NCBI GenBank assembly: GCA_044222185.1
Contig: JBGANV010000006.1
Span: forward strand, 96,001-160,000
Length of the DNA stretch: 64,000 bases
Source of the DNA: Planctomycetota bacterium
GTDB lineage: Bacteria; Planctomycetota; GCA-002687715; CAIWVZ01
Reading direction: 5' to 3'
In this document: in pieces, positions 8,501 through 18,107 of the stretch
Layout: each line of letters begins with the position of its first letter
Position numbering within the stretch: the stretch's first letter is position 1
The notes under the pieces: generated by a model
Told to the model about the DNA's origin: nothing
The model's database searches: none
The model's input: only the letters and a program-made list of their open reading frames with translations
Position numbers and translations under genes: made by a program

Positions 8501-10990
8501 ATGACCTGCCAGTCGCTTCGAACCTTCGTCCTCGCGTTCCTTCTCCTCGGTGTCTCGGGGGGCACGTCGTCCGCCCAGGGATCCGCCGGGTCGCCAGGGG
8601 GGAACCCGAATGCCGCATGGGCCGGATTGCCGCTCGTGTTCGCGCACAACGCCGGACAGCACGACGCATGGACGAGGTACTCGGCGCGGTGGGGGGGCGT
8701 GGCGGCGTTCGTCGGCGACTCTGGCATGCGGCTCACGGTGATGAAGAACGGGCCGAGCCGCGTCGTCGAAGGTGACACCGGGGCGAACGTTCGCCTGACG
8801 TTCGATCAGGCTCGCGACGGCGTCGTCGCGAAGGGGACGGATCTCCGCGAGACACGGTTCAACTATTTCCTCGGAAACGACCCCAAGGGTTGGTTCACCG
8901 ACGTGGCGACCTTCGGCAGCATCGCCTGGCACGAGGTGTGGACCGGCATCGACGCGCGGCTCTACGACGGCGGCGGACGCTTCGAGTACGACTTCGTGGT
9001 GAAGCCCGGCGCCACATCCAGCGACGTCGTGGTCCGGGTCGCCGGGTGCGACGGGCTCGCGATCCGCGACGACGGCGCTCTCGTCATCGCGACGGCCGTC
9101 GGCAACCTGATCCAGCCTCGCCCCAAGGCGTGGCTCCTCGGCGCCGATGGCACGAAGACGAGTGTTGCGTGTGCATTCCGCCTCATCGACGAAGGGCGCT
9201 TCGGCTTCGCCGTCGAGGGCGATGGCGCGCGTACCCTCGTGATCGACCCGTCGATCGTGTGGGGCGGATACATCGGCGGGACGAGCTTCGATTCCGGATT
9301 TGGAATCGCCGTCAACGCTGCCGGGAACGCATTCGTCTGCGGGCGAACGGCCTCCACCGACTTCCCCGTCACGGCTGGCGCGTTCGATACCTCGCGCTCG
9401 GGCCCCGAGGATGCGTTCGTCGCGAAGATCGCCGCCAGCGGTGCATCCGTCGTCTGGGCCACGTTCATCGGCGGCACAGGTCTCGATTTCGCCAACGTCG
9501 TGAAGGTGGACGCGTCCGACCAGGTGGTCATCGCGGGGTTGGCCTCGGGCTCCTTCCCGACGCCAGTCGGCTTCGACACGACCTACAACGGCAACGCGGA
9601 TGCGTTCGTCACGAAGTTCAACGCTGCGGGCAATGGCATCGTCTTCTCGACCTACCTCGGCAGCAACAACCAGGACGTGGCGACCGGCCTCGCACTGGCG
9701 CCCACGGGCGAAGTCACTGCGTGTGGCGCAGTCCAGGGCACGGGGTTCCCGTACCAGCCGGGTTCGTTCCAGAGCACGCCGACCGGTGACTGGGAGGCCT
9801 TCGCGTGCCGGTTGAGCGCCGCGGGAACTGCCCTCCAATTCTGCGCCCGGCTCGGCGGAGCGGGCTTCGACACGGCAAACGGTGTCGCGATCGACTCCAC
9901 CGGCAACACCTACGTGGCGATCAGCACCGAATCGGTGGGCGTCTCGACGACGGCCGGCGCCATCCAGGCGAACAACGGCGGGGGAGCCTCGGACGTCTAC
10001 CTCGCGAAACTCAACGTCGCCGGGTCGGCTCTCGTCTATGCGACCTACCTGGGCGGGATCGGCGCCGACCAAGCGACGGGGATCACGCTCATCGGCAACG
10101 ACGCGGTGATCGTCGGCCAGGCATTCGCGGGATTCCCGACGACACCCGGAGCGCTCCAACCGGTCGCCAACAACGGCGACGGATTCCTCGCGCGGATCAA
10201 CGCCACGGGAACCGGCCTCGTCTTCTCGACCTTCCTCGGCGGATCCAACTTCGACAATCTCACGGGCGTCGTCGCCGACGCGAACGGCGCGATCTGTGCA
10301 GCCGGTTGGACGTCGTCCGCGGACTTCCCGGTCACACCTCAGGCCTTCATGACGACGTACGTTGGCGGCGGTTCGCCCGGTGATGCGATCGTCGTGAAGT
10401 TCTCGCCGGACGGCCACGCGTTGTCCTACAGCACGCTGATCGCCGGCGATGGCAGCGATCAGTTCCGTGGTCTTGCGCTCGATCCCGCGGGCGGGCTCTA
10501 CCTCACGGGCGTCACGGACTCGACGGATCTCCCCGTTCCGACAGGCGGTTTCCATGGCACGAGCGTCGGTCAATCCGACGGGATCGTGATGAAGATCGCG
10601 CTTCCATTGGGTGCCGCCGTGACGAGCGCCGGCGTCGGCTGCGGGGTCGCACCCGTCTTCACGTCGAGCGTGCCGTTCCTCGGTCTGCCGCTGACCCTGG
10701 ACATCACCGGCGCCACCGTGAACGCCGGGGGCTACCTGCTTCTCAGCGGCGTCCCGTCGGCCGGGACTCTCGTCGCGCCAGGCTGCACCACGGCACTGGA
10801 CCTCGCCACGCTCTCGCCCGTCGCGACGTTCGTCACGAGCGGGACAGGCACCTGGAACTTCGTCAGCGCGCCGCTTCCGCAGATCGCGGAGCTCAACACG
10901 CTCACCGTGCGGTTGCAGGTGCTGATCGTCGGCGGGCCGGCTCCGGGGTTCACGCTCAGCAACGCACTCGAGCTCCGTACGGGCTACTGA
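8501..10990 (+). CDS. Exported SBBP repeat protein, paralog 3, with C-terminal shared domain
   Basis: Signal MTCQSLRTFVLAFLLLGVSGG; FAHNAGQ..NYFLGNDP..EYDF..LVIDP, SBBP repeats; ends LQVLIVGGPAPGFTLSNALELRTGY. Confidence 0.9.
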   Translation: MTCQSLRTFVLAFLLLGVSGGTSSAQGSAGSPGGNPNAAWAGLPLVFAHNAGQHDAWTRYSARWGGVAAFVGDSGMRLTVMKNGPSRVVEGDTGANVRLTFDQARDGVVAKGTDLRETRFNYFLGNDPKGWFTDVATFGSIAWHEVWTGIDARLYDGGGRFEYDFVVKPGATSSDVVVRVAGCDGLAIRDDGALVIATAVGNLIQPRPKAWLLGADGTKTSVACAFRLIDEGRFGFAVEGDGARTLVIDPSIVWGGYIGGTSFDSGFGIAVNAAGNAFVCGRTASTDFPVTAGAFDTSRSGPEDAFVAKIAASGASVVWATFIGGTGLDFANVVKVDASDQVVIAGLASGSFPTPVGFDTTYNGNADAFVTKFNAAGNGIVFSTYLGSNNQDVATGLALAPTGEVTACGAVQGTGFPYQPGSFQSTPTGDWEAFACRLSAAGTALQFCARLGGAGFDTANGVAIDSTGNTYVAISTESVGVSTTAGAIQANNGGGASDVYLAKLNVAGSALVYATYLGGIGADQATGITLIGNDAVIVGQAFAGFPTTPGALQPVANNGDGFLARINATGTGLVFSTFLGGSNFDNLTGVVADANGAICAAGWTSSADFPVTPQAFMTTYVGGGSPGDAIVVKFSPDGHALSYSTLIAGDGSDQFRGLALDPAGGLYLTGVTDSTDLPVPTGGFHGTSVGQSDGIVMKIALPLGAAVTSAGVGCGVAPVFTSSVPFLGLPLTLDITGATVNAGGYLLLSGVPSAGTLVAPGCTTALDLATLSPVATFVTSGTGTWNFVSAPLPQIAELNTLTVRLQVLIVGGPAPGFTLSNALELRTGY

Positions 10991-11077
10991 CGAACGCCGA
11001 TCCCGTACCTCGCAGCCGGGATCCGCGCTTCGCGCGCACCATGACGGGCCATCCGGCGGAGCGGTATGCTTCGCCCC

Positions 11078-11347
11078 ATGGCCCTCTTCATGGTCATCGA
11101 GCGTATGAAGTCCTCCGACCCTGGTCCCGTGGGCGAACGCTTCAGGAAGTTCGGCCGGATGATGCCCGCGGACGTCCAGTACGTGGCGAGCTGGCTCGAA
11201 CCGAGCGGAGCCCGCTGCTTCCAGGTCATGGAGGCGCCGGCGCGCGCGTCCCTCGACCCGTGGATCGCCGCCTGGAGCGACCTCACCGATTTCGAGGTCG
11301 TCCCCGTGCTCACGTCCGCGGAGTTCTGGGCATCACGGGGAACGTGA
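11078..11347 (+). CDS. DUF3303-like small protein
   Basis: LFMVIER..RF..GRMMP..YVASW..RCFQVME..W.DL.DFEVVPV pattern. Confidence 0.75.
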   Translation: MALFMVIERMKSSDPGPVGERFRKFGRMMPADVQYVASWLEPSGARCFQVMEAPARASLDPWIAAWSDLTDFEVVPVLTSAEFWASRGT

Positions 11348-11552
11348 TCGAGGGTGCGCTCGACGCGCGCGCCGCTCTCGCGTCCCACTCGCGTCCCGAG
11401 CCGCGTCGGGTTCTCCGCGGCTGGCGGTGGCCGACGCATCGAGCCGGGCGATCCTCGTCGCGGTGATTTCCTCGGAGCGTTGCGTCGAGGGGCGGCACAG
11501 GTCACAACCGGGTCGTGATCGCCGAAGTCCCTGGTGCACGCGAGATGCGTGA

Positions 11553-13739
11553 ATGAGCGACGTCGTGGATGGCCGTCCGCCCCGCGTCGTGGCGTGGAGT
11601 CTCCTCTCGGTCATCGTCGTCCTCATCGCCGTCGGTGCCCAGGATGCTCGCACATGGCCCTCCGACAATCGCCCCTCGATCTGGATGCGGCAGGGTGACT
11701 CCGACCCGTGGTTCAGCGTCCTTGAGTCCGACTTCGGCGGCGATGAAGCGGTACTCGTCCGCGCGGATCGCTTCGCGCTCGATCGCTCCGATCAGACGGT
11801 CTGGCTCGCGCGGCTCGGCAAACGACTCGCCGCGCTCCCGGGGGTTTCGTCCGTCGTCGACCCGTTCCACTTGCCCGGCGGAACCTTGGCCGCCGAACCG
11901 GGGAAGGCACTGCGGGAGTCCGCCGAGCGGCGCATCGGTCACGCACTGAATCTGGCGCGCATGGATCCACCTCGTGCCGACTTCCTCGTCCGCGTTGCCG
12001 CCGATGCATCGCAGGCGACGTGCCAGGACCTCGCCGCGCGGCTGGACGAACTCGCGCGCGAAGCCGAGAGGCTCGGCATCCGCGTGGAGAAGGGCGGTCA
12101 TCCGCTCATCGCGACGGCGCTCGATGACGAGGCCCGTCGCGTCGAGAACGTCTTCTCGCCTCTCCTCGCCGTGGCGTCGCTCATCGGCGTGGCGTTGGCG
12201 CTGCGGTCGGCGCTGTTCGGCGTGATCGCCGTTCTCCCGGCGATGCTCGTCTCCGTGGGGATCCGCGTGGGACTCAAGGCGATCGGCTGGCCGGCCAACC
12301 TCATCCTCGTTTCCGTCGGACCCATCAGCTTCGTGATCGTGCTCGCGGCGAGCCTACACCTCGTGGCGTCGTTCCGCCGCGTCTTCGCTTCGGGTGCGAG
12401 CGCCGTCGCCGCGGCGCGGGCGGCGTTCCACGAGAAGCTCACGGCGGGAATCCTCGCCGGTGGCACGTCGTCCGTCGGATTCCTGGCGTGCCTGTCGAGC
12501 GGCGTCGACCCCGTGCGGCGTCTCGGCATGGCGGCGGCCGCGGCCATCGGCGCGGGCATCGCCGTCGAATACGGCGTGATTCCGGTCCTGCTCGCCGGGC
12601 TCGTCCGGAAACGGCCGGTGCTCACGCATCGCATGACGAAACGCTGGCGCCGCGTCGCGATCTTCGCCGTACGACGGCGGGCGTGCGTCGTGGGGATCAC
12701 GCTGCTCGTGATCGCGGCCGGCGGGGTGGCACCTCAGATGCTCCCCGCGGGAACGAACGCCCTCGACTACTTCCCGGTTGGTCATCGGGTCCGCGAGCAG
12801 TTCGTGCATCTCGACATGGATGGCGGCGGTCTCACGACGATCGAACTCCTCGCGCGCCGCACCGATGGAAGGCCGTGGGCCGTCACCACGCTGGCCGACG
12901 CGGCGGTCGACGAGGCGCTGTCGTCCGTCCCCGGCGTCCTCGCGGTCATCGGGCCGGAGGTCGTCGCGGCCGACGTACGGTCGACGGTGAAGCTGGGCGC
13001 GGCCGTCGCGGTGCCGCTGGCGATGCGGGAGTCGGGGCGCCTGGCGCGCGACGGGCGTTTCGCGCATTGGACGATCCGCATTCCGACGAGCGGGGCCGCC
13101 GAAACCCGAGCGCTCGCACACGCCGTGCTCACGCGCGCCCGCGCGACGCCGGTCCTGTCGCCCGCCGTAGCCGAGGTGGCGATCACGGGCAGCATCCTGC
13201 GCGTGTTCGAGGTTCAGTCCGAGCTCGTGGGAACGCTGTGGAGCTCACTCTCGCTCACGCTCGCCGTGACGATCGCCCTCTTCTTCCTCGTGATCCGCAG
13301 CTTCCGCGAGATGGTCGCGGCGTTGCTCGCGAATCTGCTGCCCGTCGGTGCCGTGCTGGTGGCTCCGTGGAGCCTGGGATGGCAGCTCGACGCCGCCACG
13401 TGCATGGTGGCGTCCGTCGTCCTCGGACTCGCCTACAACACGTTCCACCTGCTCCACGGGGCCGGTCCGTCCCCGGGGCGCTTCCGGCTCCGCCCTCCGC
13501 TGCGTTCGTTCGGTCGCGTGGGCGATCCCGCGGCGACGTCCTACCTCGTGCTCGCGCTGGGATTCTCCGTGCTGATCGCCTCGGGGTTCATTCCGACCGC
13601 GCGGTTCGGGTTCCTGACGGCACTCGGAGTCCTCTTCGCACTGCTCGGTGACTTGTTCGTCTTGCCGGCGATCTGGCTCGGCGGTCGCGTGGGGAGGTAT
13701 GCTCACGGGATGCCCCACCGGACGGATTCCTCCTCATGA
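11553..13739 (+). CDS. MMPL/RND-family membrane transporter
   Basis: Two halves, each with 1 TM, a soluble loop and ~5 TMs; NLLP motif; stop overlaps the next start (ATGA). Confidence 0.75.
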   Translation: MSDVVDGRPPRVVAWSLLSVIVVLIAVGAQDARTWPSDNRPSIWMRQGDSDPWFSVLESDFGGDEAVLVRADRFALDRSDQTVWLARLGKRLAALPGVSSVVDPFHLPGGTLAAEPGKALRESAERRIGHALNLARMDPPRADFLVRVAADASQATCQDLAARLDELAREAERLGIRVEKGGHPLIATALDDEARRVENVFSPLLAVASLIGVALALRSALFGVIAVLPAMLVSVGIRVGLKAIGWPANLILVSVGPISFVIVLAASLHLVASFRRVFASGASAVAAARAAFHEKLTAGILAGGTSSVGFLACLSSGVDPVRRLGMAAAAAIGAGIAVEYGVIPVLLAGLVRKRPVLTHRMTKRWRRVAIFAVRRRACVVGITLLVIAAGGVAPQMLPAGTNALDYFPVGHRVREQFVHLDMDGGGLTTIELLARRTDGRPWAVTTLADAAVDEALSSVPGVLAVIGPEVVAADVRSTVKLGAAVAVPLAMRESGRLARDGRFAHWTIRIPTSGAAETRALAHAVLTRARATPVLSPAVAEVAITGSILRVFEVQSELVGTLWSSLSLTLAVTIALFFLVIRSFREMVAALLANLLPVGAVLVAPWSLGWQLDAATCMVASVVLGLAYNTFHLLHGAGPSPGRFRLRPPLRSFGRVGDPAATSYLVLALGFSVLIASGFIPTARFGFLTALGVLFALLGDLFVLPAIWLGGRVGRYAHGMPHRTDSSS

Positions 13740-15427
13740 TGGCCCGCACGGCGCTCACGGTCGTGTTCGTCGGTGCCTGCCTCCTCGGGCAGAACACGGC
13801 GCGCATCGTCCTGGACGACGGACGCGAGATCGCCGTCAACCAGGGGGAGACCAGGCGGGAAGGCAACCTCACCGTCGCGCTGACGGCGGAAACGTTGACG
13901 GCGCGAAACGGGGGAGGGCCCGACGACTGGGGCGGCAACAAGTGGCCGACTGAACCCGTCTACTTCCAGCGGATCGAAGTGCGGATCCCCGGGCGCACGA
14001 TTCCGCTGTCGCCGCAGAACGGGGCGAAACCGCTGGGCGATGACCGCTGGGTTCTCGCGTCCGAGACCGACTTCAAGCACGTTCACCACAAGGCGAACGA
14101 CCCCCAGCGCGCCTGGTACGCGAAGAGCAAGACGTTCCACATGCTCGACGGCGGCGACACGTTCTATGCGCGCTTCGCACCGGCCGACGATCCGTGGGAA
14201 TGGAAGGCGTTGCCTGGCGATGCGGAGCGCAAGAAGGCACTCGCCGTCGCGAACCTCGCGCCCGAGCTGCTGCAGAAGTTTCCGCTGCTCTCACGGCTGC
14301 TCGACTTCTACACGATCCGCCCGAGTTCGAATCATCCCGATCCTCCGATCCACGATTGGGGCTGGTGGCTCAACGCGCAGAACCACGCGCGCCGCTGGCG
14401 GTCGACCAACCCACTGACCCTCCAGGGCTGGTACGGCTACACCGACATCCACGCGGCGGGCGGCGGGTTCAGCAACGGCCACTACGATCACCCCGCGTGG
14501 TTCCTCGTTCGCTACCTGCTCACGGGGGATCGCACCGCGTACACGGCGGGGCTCTACCTCATCCGCTTCAAGGTCGCCTACGGTTTGGTGGACACGGATC
14601 TGCCGCGCTCACGATGCTGGCAGCGTGGCTGGTGGCGGGGCGAGAAGGGCGATCGGCGCGGGTCGGCAGTGGGTCTCTCGGCCAACAAGGAGTGGGACCT
14701 CGGGCTCGTGCTCGCGAGCATCCTCGCACCGAACGATCCCATGATCGCCCACGGCATGGCCGTCCGCCGAGCGTCGCTCCTCGAGCGCGACGACGGCGTC
14801 GTGTGGAACGGCGCCGGTGGGGGCCGCGCGATCGGCCATTTCCTCGAGAACCTGCTCGACCACTACCACGCGACCGGTGACGCGGCCTTCAAGGAGCGCG
14901 CCGCGAGGTTCATCGAGCACGTCTTCACGAAGACAGGCGACCTTCCATATTTTCCCAACTCACTCCGCAAGGGGTGGAACGCCACGTGGGAGGAAGCCTT
15001 GGCGCACGTGTGGATCGCAAAGTGGATCGACGAGGGCATCGCACCCGGACGGCTGGACAAGTTGAAGGCCATGGTCGAGTGGCTGATCACGAACGGCGGG
15101 CGGTTCCGTTCACCCGGCGTCTACGAAGTGGCCTACGAGATCGAAGTGCCGCCGACGGAGACGTCGGTCAGGAAGTTCAACACGCCGTCGCATCAGACGT
15201 GGTGGGTGCAGGTGTGGCCGCTCGCCGAGCGTTGGTGGCCGGGCCGGTTCACCGAGGCCGCGAGTGCCTCGATGACGACGTGTCTGACCCGCATCGGACA
15301 GGGGTGGGCGCACGTGGCGAAGGGACAGCCTCCGCTCACGCCCGCGGCCTTGCAGGTGGACGATCCGGGGACAGGTCCGAGCTGCGAGAAGACCTGGCCG
15401 ATCTACCTGCACGTGCTCCGGAAGTAG
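13736..15427 (+). CDS. Exported hypothetical protein, Trp-rich, probable alpha/alpha-toroid enzyme
   Basis: Signal peptide; NGHYD motif and helical repeats such as DHYHATGDAAFKERA; translationally coupled to the MMPL gene. Confidence 0.7.
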   Translation: MMARTALTVVFVGACLLGQNTARIVLDDGREIAVNQGETRREGNLTVALTAETLTARNGGGPDDWGGNKWPTEPVYFQRIEVRIPGRTIPLSPQNGAKPLGDDRWVLASETDFKHVHHKANDPQRAWYAKSKTFHMLDGGDTFYARFAPADDPWEWKALPGDAERKKALAVANLAPELLQKFPLLSRLLDFYTIRPSSNHPDPPIHDWGWWLNAQNHARRWRSTNPLTLQGWYGYTDIHAAGGGFSNGHYDHPAWFLVRYLLTGDRTAYTAGLYLIRFKVAYGLVDTDLPRSRCWQRGWWRGEKGDRRGSAVGLSANKEWDLGLVLASILAPNDPMIAHGMAVRRASLLERDDGVVWNGAGGGRAIGHFLENLLDHYHATGDAAFKERAARFIEHVFTKTGDLPYFPNSLRKGWNATWEEALAHVWIAKWIDEGIAPGRLDKLKAMVEWLITNGGRFRSPGVYEVAYEIEVPPTETSVRKFNTPSHQTWWVQVWPLAERWWPGRFTEAASASMTTCLTRIGQGWAHVAKGQPPLTPAALQVDDPGTGPSCEKTWPIYLHVLRK

Positions 15428-15498
15428 CTCCCGGCGCGCTGGACACGGGTGGTAAGCTCGCGGCCCTTCCCTGAGACAACCCCCACGTGGAGTTCCCC

Positions 15499-17091
15499 AT
15501 GAGTCGACGACTCTTCGTTGCGCTTCTTGCGTTCGCCGCGGCTGCGAGTGTTCCGGCGCAGGTCGTGAAATACGGCAACCCGTCGCCGGCGGGTTTCGGT
15601 GCGACGTTCGACGCGGGGGGACAGCTTCCCGTGGTCGGGAACCTGGGATTCCAACTGGTCGTGCATGGAACGACGAACCCGCTCGGGGGTGCGCTCCTCA
15701 TCGCATCCGGCTCGGCGACCGTCCCCATCGGGGCCGCGACGCTCCTGCTCGATCCGCTGACGCTGTCCCTGACGGATCTCCCTGCCGGGATCACGGGGCT
15801 CCAGCTCGGACTCGCGAACAACCCGGCGCTCGCGGGGCTTTCGGCGTTCGGGCAAGTGGGAATCATCGACCCCGCTCAATCGGGCGGATTCGGCCTCACC
15901 AACGCGATCCTCGTGACGGTCATGCCACGCGCGACTCCGACGCGCGCCTGGTTCAGCGGACAGAACTTCGCCGGGGGGCCCAGCATCCTCACGTCGCTCG
16001 ATCTCACGGGAGCGTCACCCGCATTCCGCGCGACGGGCTCCCTCGGGTTCAGCGGCGGAATCGCCTTCGACTTCAGCCCGAAAGTCGCCGCCTGCCCCTC
16101 GACGAACCTCGTCTACGCGCTCGGCAATCAGAATGTCAGCCAGTTCGTGCGCGTGTTCGACGCATCGGCCGATCCCAGCGGCATCGTGACGTGGCCCTTC
16201 GTCGCGGACATCCCCGTGGCGTCGCCCATCTCGTCGATCGTCGGCCGGCGCGATCTCGAGGTCATGCCGGACAACACGCTCATGTTCGTGACCTCGGGTG
16301 ACGGCAGCTCGTCGCTTCCCGTCCTCCTCCAGGTGTTCGACGTTTCGGGGCTGCCGTCGACGGCGCCGACGGCGTCGATTCAGACGATCACCTACGCCAA
16401 TTCGGGCATCGGCGAAGTCTGCCTGGAGATCTCGCCGGACGCGACGAGACTCGCCGTGGTGAACTCGAACGACAACCAACCTGCTCTGACGCTGTACTCG
16501 ATCCAGTACGGCGCCACTCCGCCGCTGACCTCGCTCGGCACCTGGTCCTTCGCAAACTCGGTGGGCTCCGATTACCCGAGCGACGTGCACTTCGCGCCGG
16601 ACGGCTCGTTCGTCGCGGTCACGGGCGGGAACGGCACGATCTCGCTCGTCGATCTCACGACGACGCCGCCGACGGTCCGATTGAACGGCGCCTCGTGGGG
16701 CGCGGCGACCACGTCGGGGTTCCACGGCTCGGCGATCGCCATCAGCAACGGCGCGCCGGTCGCGGTCATGGGCGAGGAGGGCAGTGCGGCGACGATCCGC
16801 TACCGCATGGTCGACCTGAACGTCTGGTCGCCAACCTTCGGCGCGCAGCTTTCGAGCTTCACGACGAGCACGGGGAACATCTCCAACCATCGCATGCATG
16901 GTCAGCAGAACATCGTCATCGGGATCGACGGCACCGGGGCAACCGTCGACTGCCAGTTCGTCGACGTGATCGACCTGGATCAGCCGCTCGGGGCCGGCGG
17001 TTTCCAGTCCTGGCGCGTGAAGATGCCCACGTCGGCGACGCTCACGCCGGGCGGGCTGTCGTGCATCCCACGCGACTTCGCTCTCTACTGA
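15499..17091 (+). CDS. Exported beta-propeller protein with the shared domain at its N-terminus
   Basis: GGAG RBS; signal MSRRLFVALLAFAAAASVPAQ; PALAGLSAFGQVGIIDP..GFGLTNAILV; propeller-like repeats ISPDATRLAV and FAPDGSFVAV. Confidence 0.85.
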   Translation: MSRRLFVALLAFAAAASVPAQVVKYGNPSPAGFGATFDAGGQLPVVGNLGFQLVVHGTTNPLGGALLIASGSATVPIGAATLLLDPLTLSLTDLPAGITGLQLGLANNPALAGLSAFGQVGIIDPAQSGGFGLTNAILVTVMPRATPTRAWFSGQNFAGGPSILTSLDLTGASPAFRATGSLGFSGGIAFDFSPKVAACPSTNLVYALGNQNVSQFVRVFDASADPSGIVTWPFVADIPVASPISSIVGRRDLEVMPDNTLMFVTSGDGSSSLPVLLQVFDVSGLPSTAPTASIQTITYANSGIGEVCLEISPDATRLAVVNSNDNQPALTLYSIQYGATPPLTSLGTWSFANSVGSDYPSDVHFAPDGSFVAVTGGNGTISLVDLTTTPPTVRLNGASWGAATTSGFHGSAIAISNGAPVAVMGEEGSAATIRYRMVDLNVWSPTFGAQLSSFTTSTGNISNHRMHGQQNIVIGIDGTGATVDCQFVDVIDLDQPLGAGGFQSWRVKMPTSATLTPGGLSCIPRDFALY

Positions 17092-17110
17092 TCGGCCGCG
17101 CGGCGCGACG

Positions 17111-18076
17111 TCATCGCGCGGCACGGACCTGGTCGATCACCCATGCGGCGGTATCCGCTCGATGACAGAGCGTGAGGTGGTTGCCCGGGAATCTCGCCGT
17201 CGGCGTCTCGGACGGCACCGCCAGCGCACTGGTCACCGAGACCACCATGTCGCCCTCGCCGTCGCGGAACTCGGCGAGGTTCGTCGGTGCGAAACGCGTG
17301 AGGGCGCCGGGGATCGAGATCCTGCCGAACGGCGGCATCGAGATCCTCAGGTAGGCCGCCTCCGTGCCGGCCGCCGCGGCCCAGCCGCGTGGCAGGTCGG
17401 GAAAGCCGATCCGGCCGATCTGGCGGATCTCCTCCGATAGGGGCGCGAGGTTCGCGAATCCGTCGACGAGCAACCTGAGTTCCGTCAGCGCGTCGAGCGG
17501 CAGCTTGGCCATGAACGCATCCAGGAAGGAGGCCGCGCCATCGAGGATGCGTCGGCCTGCATGCGCGACTTCGCTTCCCATGTGCGGGGTCGCCAGCGTG
17601 ATCACCTTCCGCACGCGACGCCGGGTGGGCGCGTCCTCGAGGACGGCCCGCGTCACCAGGCCGCCCCGGCTGTGCGCGACGATCACGACGGAATCGACGC
17701 CGAAACGTTCGCACGCGGTCGACACCATGGCCTTCAGCATGTCCGTCGCTTCGCCCAGCGGCGCGATCGTCCGCCCGCCGACGGCCGTCACCTGGTAGCT
17801 GAAGGCGAGTCCCCTCATCCTCGAACCTTCGAGGACCTCCAGCAGGCGGAGATCGAGCTTCGTCGTCGGCGAGACGCCCGTGCGCGGGCTCGTGGGTTCG
17901 AAGACGGGGAACGGGTTCTCCGTCTCGTTCATGCCCGCAACCGGGTGTGCCCAACGACGCACGTTGTCGATGACGCCGTGGACGAAGACGACCGGCGGCG
18001 ACGGATCGGCATCGCCACCAACGTCGGTCGCAAGCGCGCCGAGGTGTGGAGCGGGGCCTGGGATGCGGATCGGCAT
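17111..18076 (-). CDS. Alpha/beta hydrolase (PGAP1/lipase-like)
   Basis: PVVFVHG, nucleophile elbow AHSRGG, ITLATPH.GS, GDMVV and a C-terminal His. Confidence 0.8.
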   Translation of the reverse strand: MPIRIPGPAPHLGALATDVGGDADPSPPVVFVHGVIDNVRRWAHPVAGMNETENPFPVFEPTSPRTGVSPTTKLDLRLLEVLEGSRMRGLAFSYQVTAVGGRTIAPLGEATDMLKAMVSTACERFGVDSVVIVAHSRGGLVTRAVLEDAPTRRRVRKVITLATPHMGSEVAHAGRRILDGAASFLDAFMAKLPLDALTELRLLVDGFANLAPLSEEIRQIGRIGFPDLPRGWAAAAGTEAAYLRISMPPFGRISIPGALTRFAPTNLAEFRDGEGDMVVSVTSALAVPSETPTARFPGNHLTLCHRADTAAWVIDQVRAAR

Positions 18077-18107
18077 GGCGGCACCCTCCGCGGCCGGTGG
18101 CGGAGAC

